From positions 1 to 64,000 of the forward strand of contig JBMNIW010000002.1 in NCBI GenBank assembly GCA_050951325.1: 64,000 bases of DNA, given 5' to 3'. The DNA is from Clostridia bacterium. Its GTDB lineage: Bacteria > Bacillota > Clostridia > UBA1212 > DUPL01. Shown in pieces: positions 41,123 through 51,502 of the stretch; within the stretch, counting starts at the first letter, position 1; each line of letters opens with the position of its first letter. A model generated the notes under the pieces. The model did no database searches, was not told the origin of the DNA, and saw nothing but the letters and a program-made list of their open reading frames with translations. Made by a program: the position numbers and the translations under genes.

Positions 41123-41581
41123 TTATTCCTCGTGTACTTCCTCGTCGTCCTGCTTGTGGTAGCATGCATCGCAGCATCCTTCACAAGCAGCCAGAGAATC
41201 ATCTATGACAAGACCTTTTCTCTTTTTGTAGTCAAGTATGGCAGCCTTTACAGCTTCTTCTGCAAGCAGACTGCAATGCATCTTGACTGGCGGCAGTCCG
41301 CCCAGAGCATCGGCAACAGCCTTGTTTGTAAGCTGCAGAGCCTCGTCTACAGTCTTGCCCAGAATCATTTCTGTCGCCATGCTGCTCGTAGCAACAGCTG
41401 CACCGCAGCCAAAGGTTCTGAACTTGACATCTATAATTACATCATCAACTATTTTCAAATACATTTTCATTATATCCCCGCATTTGGCGTTGCCTACTTC
41501 CCCAACTCCGTCGGCATCGGGTATCTCGCCTACATTGCGTGGGTTTGAAAAATGCTCAATGACCTTTTCACTATACATCAT
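41123..41581 (-). CDS. iscU: Fe-S cluster scaffold IscU/NifU
   Basis: HFSNPRNVG, CGD, FGCG, LPPVKMHCS. Confidence 0.95.
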   Translation of the reverse strand: MMYSEKVIEHFSNPRNVGEIPDADGVGEVGNAKCGDIMKMYLKIVDDVIIDVKFRTFGCGAAVATSSMATEMILGKTVDEALQLTNKAVADALGGLPPVKMHCSLLAEEAVKAAILDYKKRKGLVIDDSLAACEGCCDACYHKQDDEEVHEE

Positions 41582-41584
41582 ATT

Positions 41585-42756
41585 TTATACCTCCTTTTCC
41601 ACTCCTTCATACAATGGTGACATAAACCTCAATCTCTCAACTATTTCCTTCAATTTGTCTACAACAAAATCGATCTCCTCCATGGTATTGTCACGGCCGA
41701 ATGTAAGTCTCAAGGAGCCATGAGCAACTTCATGGGAAAGACCTATTGCCAGCAATACATGTGATGGATCAAGTGAGCCTGAAGAGCATGCAGAACCGCT
41801 GGAAGCGGCAATACCATTCAGATCAAGCATGAGAAGAATTGATTCGCCTCAATATATCTAAATGAAAAATTCACATGTCCGGGCAATCTCTTTTCTCTGT
41901 GACCATTAAGCTTGACGTAAGGTATTTCTTTTTCTATACGTTCTATAGCCCTATTTCTCAATTTACGGAGATATGCAGATTTACTCTCAATATCACTGGT
42001 AGCAATTTCAATAGCCTTGCCAAGACCCACAATACCAGGAACGTTCTCAGTAGAAGCTCTTCTACCTCTTTCCTGGTGTCCGCCAGTCAAAAAGTTGGAA
42101 AGTCTAAGCCCCTTTCTAACATAAAGAGCGCCAACACCTTTGGGTCCGTAGAATTTGTGGGCAGACATTGACAAGAAATCAATGTTCAATTCCTTGACAT
42201 TTATGGGAACGTTTCCTACAGCCTGAACAGCATCGGTATGGAATGGAACACCCATACTTTTGCATATCTGACCTATTTCAGCAACAGGCTGGATAGTTCC
42301 TATTTCATTGTTGGCAAACATAATGCTTACCAAAATGGTGTCATCCCTAATAGCATCCTTGACCATTTGAGGGGATACCAGGCCATCTTCATCAACGGGC
42401 AGGTATGTTACTTCATACCCCTTTTTCTCCAAGTCCTTGCAGGTTTCTAGAACTGCAGGATGTTCAATGGAGGATGTTATGATATGTTTTCCTTTTTTTG
42501 TGCTGATTCCCCTCAGCACCCAGTTGTCAGACTCCGTACCGGAGCTTGTGAAATATATTTCATTCGGTTCTGCACCGATTGCTTTTGCAACTCTGTCTCT
42601 AGCAAGCTCTACTGCTTTTCTGGACTCACGTCCTTCCTTGTACACACTCGAAGCATTTCCAAAGTTTTCTCTAAAAAATGGAAGCATTTCATTTAAAACT
42701 TCTTCGTCTAACGGTGTGGTTGCTGAGTGATCGCAATATATTCGTTTTTCACTCAA
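41585..42756 (-). CDS. iscS: cysteine desulfurase IscS/NifS, one -1 indel at ~41847
   Basis: [35 protein letters not shown], and SSGSACSS in the downstream fragment. Confidence 0.93.
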
Positions 42757-42880
42757 GTTTGCTTACCTCTTTTCTGTTGTGGATTTAAGTATTTCATTAA
42801 AATACTTATTCTTCATTATAGCACTTTGATACAGAATTTTCAATTTAATTCATATTATAAAAAAATAAAAAAGTGTTAAA

Positions 42881-42918
42881 AAGAAAATGCAACCCTTAAT
42901 CAAGAGTTGCATTTTCTT
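42881..42918 (-). terminator. intrinsic terminator after the LCP gene
   Basis: AAGAAAATGCAAC / GTTGCATTTTCTT. Confidence 0.7.
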
Positions 42919-42933
42919 ACAGTTATAACTTCT

Positions 42934-43893
42934 CTATGATACAAATCTCGTATCAAGTACCTGTCTTGAGCTGACATTCAGTCCCGAATTAAAATCCAAA
43001 AACAGGTTGTCAAACTCAATGTAATATTTTGTACTAATGGTTTCCTTGCCTGTTATCATATAGGATCTGGTTAAATCATGATTTATCTTGTCAAGCTTGG
43101 CAGTCATTGACTTCAAAACACTTTCAATAATATTTGTCTCACATTCAGGCAAAAGCAGCTTGAACAAATCAAAATACTGATCCTTGTACTGTTCGCCGAA
43201 TTTCTGAGTTACAAATGCATTCAGAAAATTTGAAGCCATTCTAATCCTGCTTGTATCCTTGCCATTGTAATAGTTGAGCATTGTATTTGTATACGTATCA
43301 TCCTCGGTTTTGTAAAACTGGATGAGTTTTAGTGCCATCGTTCCATCAAATACAGTTTCATTTTTCTTGATATCAATATCATAATATGCATCCTTGTACT
43401 TTATACTGATGGGCATGTTGAAGTTTACTGCCTCAAACATGTTTATCATCTTGGCAAAAGCATTGTCGTTAAGATTAATGTAGTATGGTATGTTGATATC
43501 CAGAATTGAGGATACCAAAGAAGCTGTCTTTTCGGCACTGTTCTTTGAATAGTAGCTTCCAATTGAGTTTGTCTCCTTGATTATCGGGTCGGTATATTTC
43601 AAATCTTTTGGGATGTACAAAAATGACAGCTGATTTTGATTTGAGTCGTAATTTACAACAAACATAAGATCCGTTTCCGGTCTTGATTTCTCCCCTACTA
43701 TTACAAGAATGTTGCCCTTGAAACTTGTAGGTTGATCGTCGTCCGGTTTATATGGATCTGCATCTATTTTTATAGTGGTTTCCTTTTCTTTTGATATGCC
43801 ACTGTAGCCCAATGCAAGAAGAAAACCACATATGGAAGTGGCAAAGAAAAGAAACACAGTAATTACAATAACAAATCTTCTTAGATTGTCCAT
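42934..43893 (-). CDS. LytR-CpsA-Psr (LCP) family protein, divergent
   Basis: N-terminal TM, NILVIV..ETD, LYIPKD (for SIPRD), LDINIPYY, FDGTMAL, SRIR. Confidence 0.75.
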   Translation of the reverse strand: MDNLRRFVIVITVFLFFATSICGFLLALGYSGISKEKETTIKIDADPYKPDDDQPTSFKGNILVIVGEKSRPETDLMFVVNYDSNQNQLSFLYIPKDLKYTDPIIKETNSIGSYYSKNSAEKTASLVSSILDINIPYYINLNDNAFAKMINMFEAVNFNMPISIKYKDAYYDIDIKKNETVFDGTMALKLIQFYKTEDDTYTNTMLNYYNGKDTSRIRMASNFLNAFVTQKFGEQYKDQYFDLFKLLLPECETNIIESVLKSMTAKLDKINHDLTRSYMITGKETISTKYYIEFDNLFLDFNSGLNVSSRQVLDTRFVS

Positions 43894-43953
43894 TCTTCTT
43901 TCACCTTTCAAAATATTAGGTACTAGTATAGTATATATATTTCCTGAATTCCG

Positions 43954-44946
43954 TCAACTCTCGTTTTCATCTTCATCAATCCTGAAGTTCGCAAGAGGAT
44001 TGCTTGATACTGCCTGTTTCAGCCTCTTGTTGCTTACATGAGTATATATCTCAGTTGTTGCTATGCTCTCATGGCCAAGTATTTCCTGCAGTGAACGGAT
44101 GTCAACATCTCCATGCTGATACATGAGAGTGGCAGCAGTATGTCTTAGTTTGTGCGTTGAGTATTTTTTTGGATCGAGATTGGCCTTTTTTATGTACTTT
44201 TTAACAGTATACTCTACAGTTTTGGGGCTGATTCTGTTTTTCCGTTCGCTGAGAAACAAAGCGTCTTCGTGACCTTCATTAGGCTGTGGTCTTACCATTA
44301 AATAATTGTCGATGGCTTCAGATACGGAATCAGTAAGGTAAATGGTTCTTTCCTTTGAACCTTTTCCTCTTACAACAAGGGTATTGTCCTGGCGCAGGTC
44401 TCCAATGTTCATCGCTACCAGCTCTGACAATCTCAGACCACAGTTCAGAAACAGAAGAATCATGCAGTAGTCTCTTTCCTTGTTTTTGCCTTCAATGCTT
44501 TTTAGAAGGTTAATACTCTCCTCAAGTTCAAGATATCTAGGCAGTCTTTTACCTATTTTGGGTGATTCAAGTTCATTGGCAGGGTTTGTTTCGATAATCT
44601 TTGCCTTAGTATGGCAGTACTTGAAGAAAGAACGCAGCGTTGCCACCTTTCTTGAACGTGTGGATGGAGAGGCTTGTCTTTCCGAACTTAAATAGCTTAA
44701 AAAAGCGTAAAAATCATTGAGCATGACGCTGCTGAGTACTTCAAGAGACATATTTCTTACATTGGCGTCCTCAATGGTTTCCTCTTTTTCAAGCAGACCC
44801 CTTCTTTTTTTTAAGAATCGAAAAAAAAGAAGCAAGTCATAGTAGTATTCTTTTATGGTGTTTGCAGATTTGTTCTGTATGCTGTCTATGTAATCAAGAA
44901 AGTCCTCTGCGTAATAAGGCAGCATGTTTTTCGGAAATTTACTCAT
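43954..44946 (-). CDS. xerC: clostridial XerC-like tyrosine recombinase
   Basis: RSRKVATLRSFF, GLRLSEL, GKGSKER, HKLRHTAATLMY, LGHESIATTEIY. Confidence 0.85.
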   Translation of the reverse strand: MSKFPKNMLPYYAEDFLDYIDSIQNKSANTIKEYYYDLLLFFRFLKKRRGLLEKEETIEDANVRNMSLEVLSSVMLNDFYAFLSYLSSERQASPSTRSRKVATLRSFFKYCHTKAKIIETNPANELESPKIGKRLPRYLELEESINLLKSIEGKNKERDYCMILLFLNCGLRLSELVAMNIGDLRQDNTLVVRGKGSKERTIYLTDSVSEAIDNYLMVRPQPNEGHEDALFLSERKNRISPKTVEYTVKKYIKKANLDPKKYSTHKLRHTAATLMYQHGDVDIRSLQEILGHESIATTEIYTHVSNKRLKQAVSSNPLANFRIDEDENES

Positions 44947-45008
44947 TTATAAATCTCTCCTTTACACTTTTCCATTATATCACAAAGCACATTGTCCATC
45001 AATAACAA

Positions 45009-45037
45009 TTGACTTGAGACAAGCCAGCATATATAAT
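45009..45037 (+). promoter_or_regulatory. sigma-A promoter of glyA
   Basis: TTGACT-17nt-TATAAT. Confidence 0.65.
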
Positions 45038-45073
45038 TGAATGGAAATTTTTCTAATATTGGAGGCAGTATTT

Positions 45074-46315
45074 ATGTGCAATTTTGACAATTTGAGACGC
45101 GTAGACAAGGAAGTAGCAGACGCAATCGAGCTCGAGATAAACAGACAAAGAAACAAGATCGAACTTATTGCATCGGAAAACTTTGTAACCAAGGCAGTTC
45201 TCGAAGCCATGGGCAGTCCGCTCACCAACAAGTACGCAGAAGGATATCCTTCAAAAAGGTACTACGGTGGCTGCGAATACGTTGATATTGTGGAAACCCT
45301 TGCAATCAACAGAGCCAAAGAGATATTCGGAGCCCAGCACGTTAATGTGCAGCCTCACTCCGGAGCCCAGGCGAACATGGCGGTGTTCTTTGCTGTATTG
45401 GAGCCTGGTGATACGGTACTCGGCATGAATCTCAGCCATGGAGGACATCTTACACACGGCAGTCCTGTCAACATGTCCGGCAAGTGGTTCAACATTGTAC
45501 CATACGGAGTAAGCCAGAGGGATGACATGCAAATCGATTATGAAGAAGTTCGCAAGATTGCACATGAGTGCAAACCCAAACTTATAATTGCGGGAGCAAG
45601 CGCATATCCAAGAACAATAGATTTTGACAAGTTCAGAGAAATTGCTGACGAGGTTGGCGCATATCTGATGGTTGACATGGCCCATATAGCTGGATTGGTT
45701 GCCGCAGGTTTGCATCCATCCCCTGTTGGGAAGGCTCATTTCGTCACAACCACAACACACAAGACATTGCGCGGACCAAGAGGCGGAATGATACTCTGTG
45801 ACGAAGAGTTTGCAAAAGCCATAGACAAGGCCGTTTTCCCCGGAATACAGGGCGGACCGCTTATGCATGTAATTGCCGCAAAGGCGGTTGGTTTGAAGGA
45901 AGTTCTCCAGCCTGAGTTCAAGGAATATCAGAAACAGATTGTCAAGAACGCAAAGAAGCTGGCTGAAGAACTCATGAATCGTGGATTTGAGCTTGTTAGC
46001 GGAGGCACCGACAACCACCTGATGCTCGTTGACCTTACAAACAAGAACATAACAGGAAAAGAAGCACAGCATCTGCTTGACCAGGTCAACATTACCTGCA
46101 ACAAGAACGGAATACCGTTTGATACCCAGAGTCCTTTTGTAACCAGCGGCATAAGGCTTGGAACACCTGCTGTTACTGCAAGAGGCATGGTTGAGGAAGA
46201 CATGACTGAGATAGCAGAACTTATTTCTCTAACTCTTTCAGATTTTGACAGGAACAAAGAGGAAGTAATTAAGCGTGTGGATGCGCTGGTTGGAAAATAT
46301 CCACTATATGAATAG
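45074..46315 (+). CDS. glyA: serine hydroxymethyltransferase
   Basis: [36 protein letters not shown]. Confidence 0.98.
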   Translation: MCNFDNLRRVDKEVADAIELEINRQRNKIELIASENFVTKAVLEAMGSPLTNKYAEGYPSKRYYGGCEYVDIVETLAINRAKEIFGAQHVNVQPHSGAQANMAVFFAVLEPGDTVLGMNLSHGGHLTHGSPVNMSGKWFNIVPYGVSQRDDMQIDYEEVRKIAHECKPKLIIAGASAYPRTIDFDKFREIADEVGAYLMVDMAHIAGLVAAGLHPSPVGKAHFVTTTTHKTLRGPRGGMILCDEEFAKAIDKAVFPGIQGGPLMHVIAAKAVGLKEVLQPEFKEYQKQIVKNAKKLAEELMNRGFELVSGGTDNHLMLVDLTNKNITGKEAQHLLDQVNITCNKNGIPFDTQSPFVTSGIRLGTPAVTARGMVEEDMTEIAELISLTLSDFDRNKEEVIKRVDALVGKYPLYE

Positions 46316-46335
46316 TAATAATTGGAGGAATTGAA

Positions 46336-47650
46336 ATGTGGGATGAAAGCAAAAAGGAACCGCTTGCATACAGAATGTGTCCTTCTACCCTGGAAGAATT
46401 CTACGGACAGAAGCATATTCTTGCACCGGGAAAACTGTTGTACCGAATGATTAAGTCGGACAGGCTTTCATCTCTTATTTTCTTCGGACCTCCCGGTACA
46501 GGGAAAGACCTCCCTTGCAAGGATCATTGCGCAAACCACAAAAACGGGCTTTAGAAAACTGAATGCCGTTTCATCAGGGATAGCAGATATTAAGGATATT
46601 GTTAAGGAAACTCAGAACCAGCTGCTGAATCCGTCCGGCCGCACCGTTCTGTTCGTAGATGAGATACACAGGTTCAACAAAGCCCAACAGGATGCCCTTC
46701 TTCCCTATGTGGAGGAAGGCGTTATCATATTAATAGGTGCAACTACCGAGAATCCATACTTTGAGGTGAACAAGGCACTAATATCAAGGTCTGTTGTGTT
46801 TGAGCTCAAACCCCTGGAGCCTCAGGACATAAAGGACATAATAAACAACGCGCTGACAAGTCCCAAGGGATACAAGGGGTTGAATATAACAATAGATGAT
46901 GAAGCCCTTGAGTTCATTGCAAACAACTGCAACGGCGATGCCAGAGTTGCTTTAAACGCTCTGGAACTGGCGGTTTTAAGTACGGAGACCGACATGACCC
47001 AAGGCTTTAATATAACCTTGGACATCATTAGTGAATGCATGCAAAAAAGGACCATAAAGTTTGACAAGTCTGGAGAGGAGCACTACAACAACATAAGCGC
47101 TTTTATAAAATCCATGAGAGGCAGTGATCCTGATGCGGCGGTGTTCTATCTGGCAAGAGCTTTATATGCTGGAGAGGATATAAACTTCCTTGCCAGAAGA
47201 ATTGTCATTTGTGCATCCGAGGATGTGGGTCTTGCAAATCCTACTGCGCTGCTGGTCGCAACCGCTGCAGCTGAAGCAGTTCGCATGATTGGCATGCCTG
47301 AAGCAAGAATTATTCTTGCACATGCTGCAATTACTGTGGCTGCAAGTCCCAAGTCAAATGCGGCATATATGGCGATAAACAAGGCAATGGATGATGTTTC
47401 TAAAAAAGATACTGGAGAGGTTCCATATTATCTTAGAAATCCTGTTGCTGAAGGATTGAAGGATATTGGATATGGTGAAGGCTACAAATACGCCCATGAT
47501 TACGAAGGCAATGTGGCAGATTTGGAATTCCTTCCCGATATTATGAGAGGAACAATATACTATAAGCCTACGTTTAACGGCTATGAAAAAAGAGTTTCTG
47601 ACTACCTGAAATGGGTAGATGAAATGAAAAAGAGAAACAGAGATAAATAA
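46336..47650 (+). CDS. rarA: replication-associated recombination protein A, one +1 indel at ~46503
   Basis: PLAYRM, GPPGTGK, DEIHRFNKAQQD (shifted frame), GATTENP, SAFIKSMRGSDPD, SEDVGLA. Confidence 0.93.
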
Positions 47651-47686
47651 AAAAGCAAACCCAATGGATTTGCCCTTGATTAACAA

Positions 47687-48481
47687 CTATTTGTTTGGGT
47701 AAACATACTCATTTAAATCAGGATCATAGTAACATCCTTCATAATCCTGCCAGAGATATTCACTCCATATAGCAAATTGTGCAAGCGGATCTGTTTTGAA
47801 ACTTCCATTGCCGCTGAAATATTCGATGCCATCATTGGAAACCATAATATCAAACAAGGTTTCTTTGCCTGCATAGTTGACTTTAAATATCATCTGATAG
47901 ATAGGCGTACCGTCGTTATCATGACCGTAATGGGATATTCCCACATACTCATAGCCCTGAATACCGCCGTGTTCCTCCAGTTTGGCTCCTAATTCACAGA
48001 ATTTTGCAAGGCCGTCCGCCTCAATATTTTTTAGCTTTTCTTCATCAAACCAACGTTTCAACCATTCCTGCTTCAAACCTGCGATATCAATATAGCTATA
48101 TGCTTTCTCATAGTTGCCTTCATCCAGATATTTCATAAAGGCATTACCGATTTGCAGTTCATAAATATTGGTAAAATGAACTCCACGTCCATGATACTGG
48201 TTCCAACCGAGAAATACCATTGGTACAATGATAATCACGATCAGAATGGATGCCCACCAGCGAAAACGAATTCTTTTTAAACCCTTTCTTACTGCATTAT
48301 CTACTGCTGGTCTTTCCGGTTCGAAGTGCGGAACACCAACCACCTGTGTGGTATTTATCAGCCTTCTACAATCTTCACATTCTTTTAAATGCTCTCCTAC
48401 CAGTTGTTTGCTTGTGTCAGAACATACATTGTCCAAATATAGAGGCAGCAAATCCTCTATGACCTTACAATCCAATATCAT
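47687..48481 (-). CDS. zinc-binding (zf-HC2) membrane anti-sigma factor
   Basis: CKVIEDLLPLY, HLKECEDC (HxxxCxxC), TM helix, extracellular domain. Confidence 0.88.
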   Translation of the reverse strand: MILDCKVIEDLLPLYLDNVCSDTSKQLVGEHLKECEDCRRLINTTQVVGVPHFEPERPAVDNAVRKGLKRIRFRWWASILIVIIIVPMVFLGWNQYHGRGVHFTNIYELQIGNAFMKYLDEGNYEKAYSYIDIAGLKQEWLKRWFDEEKLKNIEADGLAKFCELGAKLEEHGGIQGYEYVGISHYGHDNDGTPIYQMIFKVNYAGKETLFDIMVSNDGIEYFSGNGSFKTDPLAQFAIWSEYLWQDYEGCYYDPDLNEYVYPNK

Positions 48482-48963
48482 TTTAAAACCTCCTGTGCAA
48501 TCTGTTGTTTTGCTCTGAAATATGTAACCCTTGCCCAACTTTCGCTTTTTCCGTAAATACTGGCGATTTCCTTCAATTTGACCTCACCGATAGCGTGAAG
48601 GATAAAAACATCCCTGTATGGATCAGCCAAGTCTTGAAGTGCCTTGAGAACTTTGCAGTACATTTCCTTGTTGATATTCTGTTCTTCCAATGAAGGTTTG
48701 TTATCAGGAATTGTCAAATCTTCCAATCTGATATCGCTGTATCTTTTGTTTCTACGACACTCTTTTTTCCAAGCGTTTTTTCCAATTTGACACAACCATG
48801 TATATAGGTTGCATCTTCCTTCAAATCTGTCAATATACCTAAACGCTTGGTAAAAGGTTTCTGACAGTAGTTCCTCTGCCAAGTCATCGTTGCCTGTCAG
48901 GGATAATAGGAATCGATAAACGGGCTGAGCGTATTCTTCGTAGACTTTTTGAAAGGTAGCCAC
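48478..48963 (-). CDS. ECF RNA polymerase sigma factor
   Basis: AEELLSETF, TWLCQIGKN, EIA..GKSESWARVTYFRAK. Confidence 0.92.
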   Translation of the reverse strand: MATFQKVYEEYAQPVYRFLLSLTGNDDLAEELLSETFYQAFRYIDRFEGRCNLYTWLCQIGKNAWKKECRRNKRYSDIRLEDLTIPDNKPSLEEQNINKEMYCKVLKALQDLADPYRDVFILHAIGEVKLKEIASIYGKSESWARVTYFRAKQQIAQEVLK

Positions 48964-49898
48964 CTACTATCCCTCCTCTCTGTAGGTACGATTCCGTATA
49001 AGCTGCTGTGCCACCGCACAAGCAAATATATTGCATATAGAAAAACAACAGTAAATATTATGTATAACGGCCACTGAATGTTCAATTCCCGTAAGTATAA
49101 TACAATCGGTGCGTGAATTAAATAAGCTGGCATTGTATTAGCACCGGCTTTTGTAAACGGTAATCTTCTTGTCGGTATAAATGCAAGCAGGAATAACCCC
49201 AGTGATCCACCAAGTAGATAACAAACAAGCCTAAGCAACACACCTTTTCCAATATGCTCGTATGGAGTAGCTTGATAGAGGAATTTAACCGGGATATCAT
49301 TACCTATGCAAACTATTAGTGCGAAAGCAGTTACCAATGCTGCAATTCCTGCCAACCTCAACTTTTTCCAGGGAAACTTCGGATTGCATATCAGTCCTGT
49401 CCAAAAATACGGCAGGAACACTAGAGTTCTCGACAATGAAAGCTCACGCCCGATGAACGGAACAAGTCCTGCAACACAACCAACCACAATAGAACATATA
49501 AGTATTATGATTTTTCCTTTCCCATTACAAAATCGAAACCAAGTCCACGCCAGGCAGAGCCATATACTGTAGCTCAATAAGTACCACAAATGCCAATATG
49601 GTGTCAACGGATTAACCTCACCATTACCAATTACCACAGCAAACGTTTGCAGCAGGATATATAATGGGAATATCCTTGCTAATTGTTTCTTGCAGACTTT
49701 TGCATTATTCAAAAATAGCCCTGAAAGGAAGCAGAACAATGGCATATGGACCAAATACATCCATCTGTATTGCACCATAAGCACTTCAGATTGCCAAATC
49801 ATTGACTCGATTAAATGGCCATATATCACAAGAAAAATTAGAAGAAGTTTTAGATTGCAATATTGTGCATCTCTTAATTTTACTATCTCTATCATCAT
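48897..49898 (-). CDS. acyltransferase family 3 (membrane O-acetyltransferase)
   Basis: LLIFLVIYGH, HMPLFCFLSG, LWYLLS, SRTLVFLPYF, GANTMPAYLIH. Confidence 0.85.
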   Translation of the reverse strand: MMIEIVKLRDAQYCNLKLLLIFLVIYGHLIESMIWQSEVLMVQYRWMYLVHMPLFCFLSGLFLNNAKVCKKQLARIFPLYILLQTFAVVIGNGEVNPLTPYWHLWYLLSYSIWLCLAWTWFRFCNGKGKIIILICSIVVGCVAGLVPFIGRELSLSRTLVFLPYFWTGLICNPKFPWKKLRLAGIAALVTAFALIVCIGNDIPVKFLYQATPYEHIGKGVLLRLVCYLLGGSLGLFLLAFIPTRRLPFTKAGANTMPAYLIHAPIVLYLRELNIQWPLYIIFTVVFLYAIYLLVRWHSSLYGIVPTERRDSRWLPFKKSTKNTLSPFIDSYYP

Positions 49899-49905
49899 AT
49901 ATTAG

Positions 49906-49930
49906 AGACACAAAGAGCAAAAACGTTACA
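49906..49930 (-). promoter_or_regulatory. ECF-type promoter (TGTAAC-15nt-GTCT)
   Basis: On - strand TGTAAC GTTTTTGCTCTTTGT GTCT, 7 nt before the acyltransferase ATG. Confidence 0.5.
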
Positions 49931-49963
49931 CAAGAAATTATAAAATATTGTGACAAAAAAATT

Positions 49964-49997
49964 AAGGGAGACAACATCCTTGTGTAGTGTCTCCCTT
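49964..49997 (-). terminator. terminator after the aminopeptidase gene
   Basis: AAGGGAGACA / TGTCTCCCTT. Confidence 0.7.
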
Positions 49998-50013
49998 TCA
50001 TGAGCGTTTTTAT

Positions 50014-51432
50014 TTATATATTTTCATAAAAACATTTGTAAGCTTTGTAGCATCCATAAATATCTGCCTTAGAAGTAATCTCAAAAGGAGAATGCATGGA
50101 AAGAACTCCAGGGCCGCAGTCAAGAACCTCTATTCCTATGTCAGCCATATACTGGGCTATGGTACCGCCTCCTCCGAGATCAATCTTGCCCATTTCGCCA
50201 ATTTGCCAGGGGATGTTTTCCTTGTTAAGTATTGATGTAAACTCGGCAACGAACTCGGGATTTGCATCACTTGCGCCACTCTTTCCTCTTGCACCGGTGT
50301 ATTTTGCTATACTGACGCCCTTGCCCAGATAGGTTGCATTGGTTTTGTCGGATACCTCCGGGAAAGTTGGATCAAATCCGGCTGTAACATCAGCAGAAAG
50401 CATTTTGCTTGCTTTTAATGCTCTTCTTGCAATCAATGGGTTTGAATCATTTGTAAGAGCATAGCATAGTTCATAAATAAATGTTTCAAAATGATTGGAT
50501 CTTGCACCGGTTATTCCAACACTGCCGATTTCCTCCTTGTCAGAGAAATAGCAGATGCATGTCTTTTCAGATTTTTCAATTTCAAGTATGGCTCTCAATG
50601 AAGTGTATGCGCAAATTCTGTCATCCTGTGCATATGCTCCAACAAGGCTCAAGTCTAGACCTACGTCTTTTGCCTTGAATGCTGGCACAACTTCAATCTC
50701 AGCGGTGGCAAAATCCATCTCGCGGATTCCATAATTGTCATACAGGTATCTTAATATGTTCTTTTTTATAAGGTTGGTTTCCTTTGAGTCTTCATCCATT
50801 TTCAATGGCATGGAACCTAAGAATACATTCAGATTCTCTCCTGGAATGAAATTGGAAGCCTCTTTCTTAAGCTGTTCCTGCGACAAGTGAGGCAGAAGGT
50901 CGCTTATTGTGAAAACAGGATCGTCTTCCTTGTCCCCTATTCTTATTCTGACTTTCGTTCCATCATTTTTGACAACAACCCCATGCATTGCAAGAGGAAT
51001 GGCAACCCATTGATATTTTTTAATACCGCCATAGTAGTGGGTTTTTGCCAGTGCAAATGATGAATCTTCGTACAGTGGCAGCGGTTTAAAGTCAAGTCTT
51101 GGGGCATCCACATGGGATCCAATCATGCTGAAGCCCTTTTCTGGACCGCTTTCCCCAATTACCGCCAAAATAAGCGCCTTTTCATTTGATACGGAATATA
51201 TTTTTTGGCCAGGTACTAGTTTCTTCCCCTGCTTAATAATTTCATCAAAATCTTCATAACCGACATTCTTTACAATATCAACGATATGTTCGACTACTTC
51301 CCTTTCCGTTTTACCTGCATTCATAAAATCAATATAGTCTTTTGAGAACTCCATGACTTTCTTTTTTTCTTCTTCGTTCATGGTCTCCCAATAGCTTTTG
51401 GGATTGTATTCAATATCCTTGAAATCTTTCAT
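50014..51432 (-). CDS. M18 family aminopeptidase
   Basis: SHVDAPR, YYGGIKKYQW, QDDRIC, DKEEIGS, LSADV, GGGGTI, MHSPFE. Confidence 0.92.
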   Translation of the reverse strand: MKDFKDIEYNPKSYWETMNEEEKKKVMEFSKDYIDFMNAGKTEREVVEHIVDIVKNVGYEDFDEIIKQGKKLVPGQKIYSVSNEKALILAVIGESGPEKGFSMIGSHVDAPRLDFKPLPLYEDSSFALAKTHYYGGIKKYQWVAIPLAMHGVVVKNDGTKVRIRIGDKEDDPVFTISDLLPHLSQEQLKKEASNFIPGENLNVFLGSMPLKMDEDSKETNLIKKNILRYLYDNYGIREMDFATAEIEVVPAFKAKDVGLDLSLVGAYAQDDRICAYTSLRAILEIEKSEKTCICYFSDKEEIGSVGITGARSNHFETFIYELCYALTNDSNPLIARRALKASKMLSADVTAGFDPTFPEVSDKTNATYLGKGVSIAKYTGARGKSGASDANPEFVAEFTSILNKENIPWQIGEMGKIDLGGGGTIAQYMADIGIEVLDCGPGVLSMHSPFEITSKADIYGCYKAYKCFYENI

Positions 51433-51502
51433 AGCTTGACATTTCCTTTCTATAAAAAAATGTAACATCCAAATCGATGTTACATTATTATACCACAATT
51501 TA

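Noticed and set aside
43954-44946. Prophage/ICE integrase
   Set aside because: Resembles the conserved chromosomal clostridial XerC, flanked by housekeeping genes with no att repeats or mobile genes
45251-46072. 273-aa ORF antisense to glyA
   Set aside because: Typical antisense shadow; no independent coding signals
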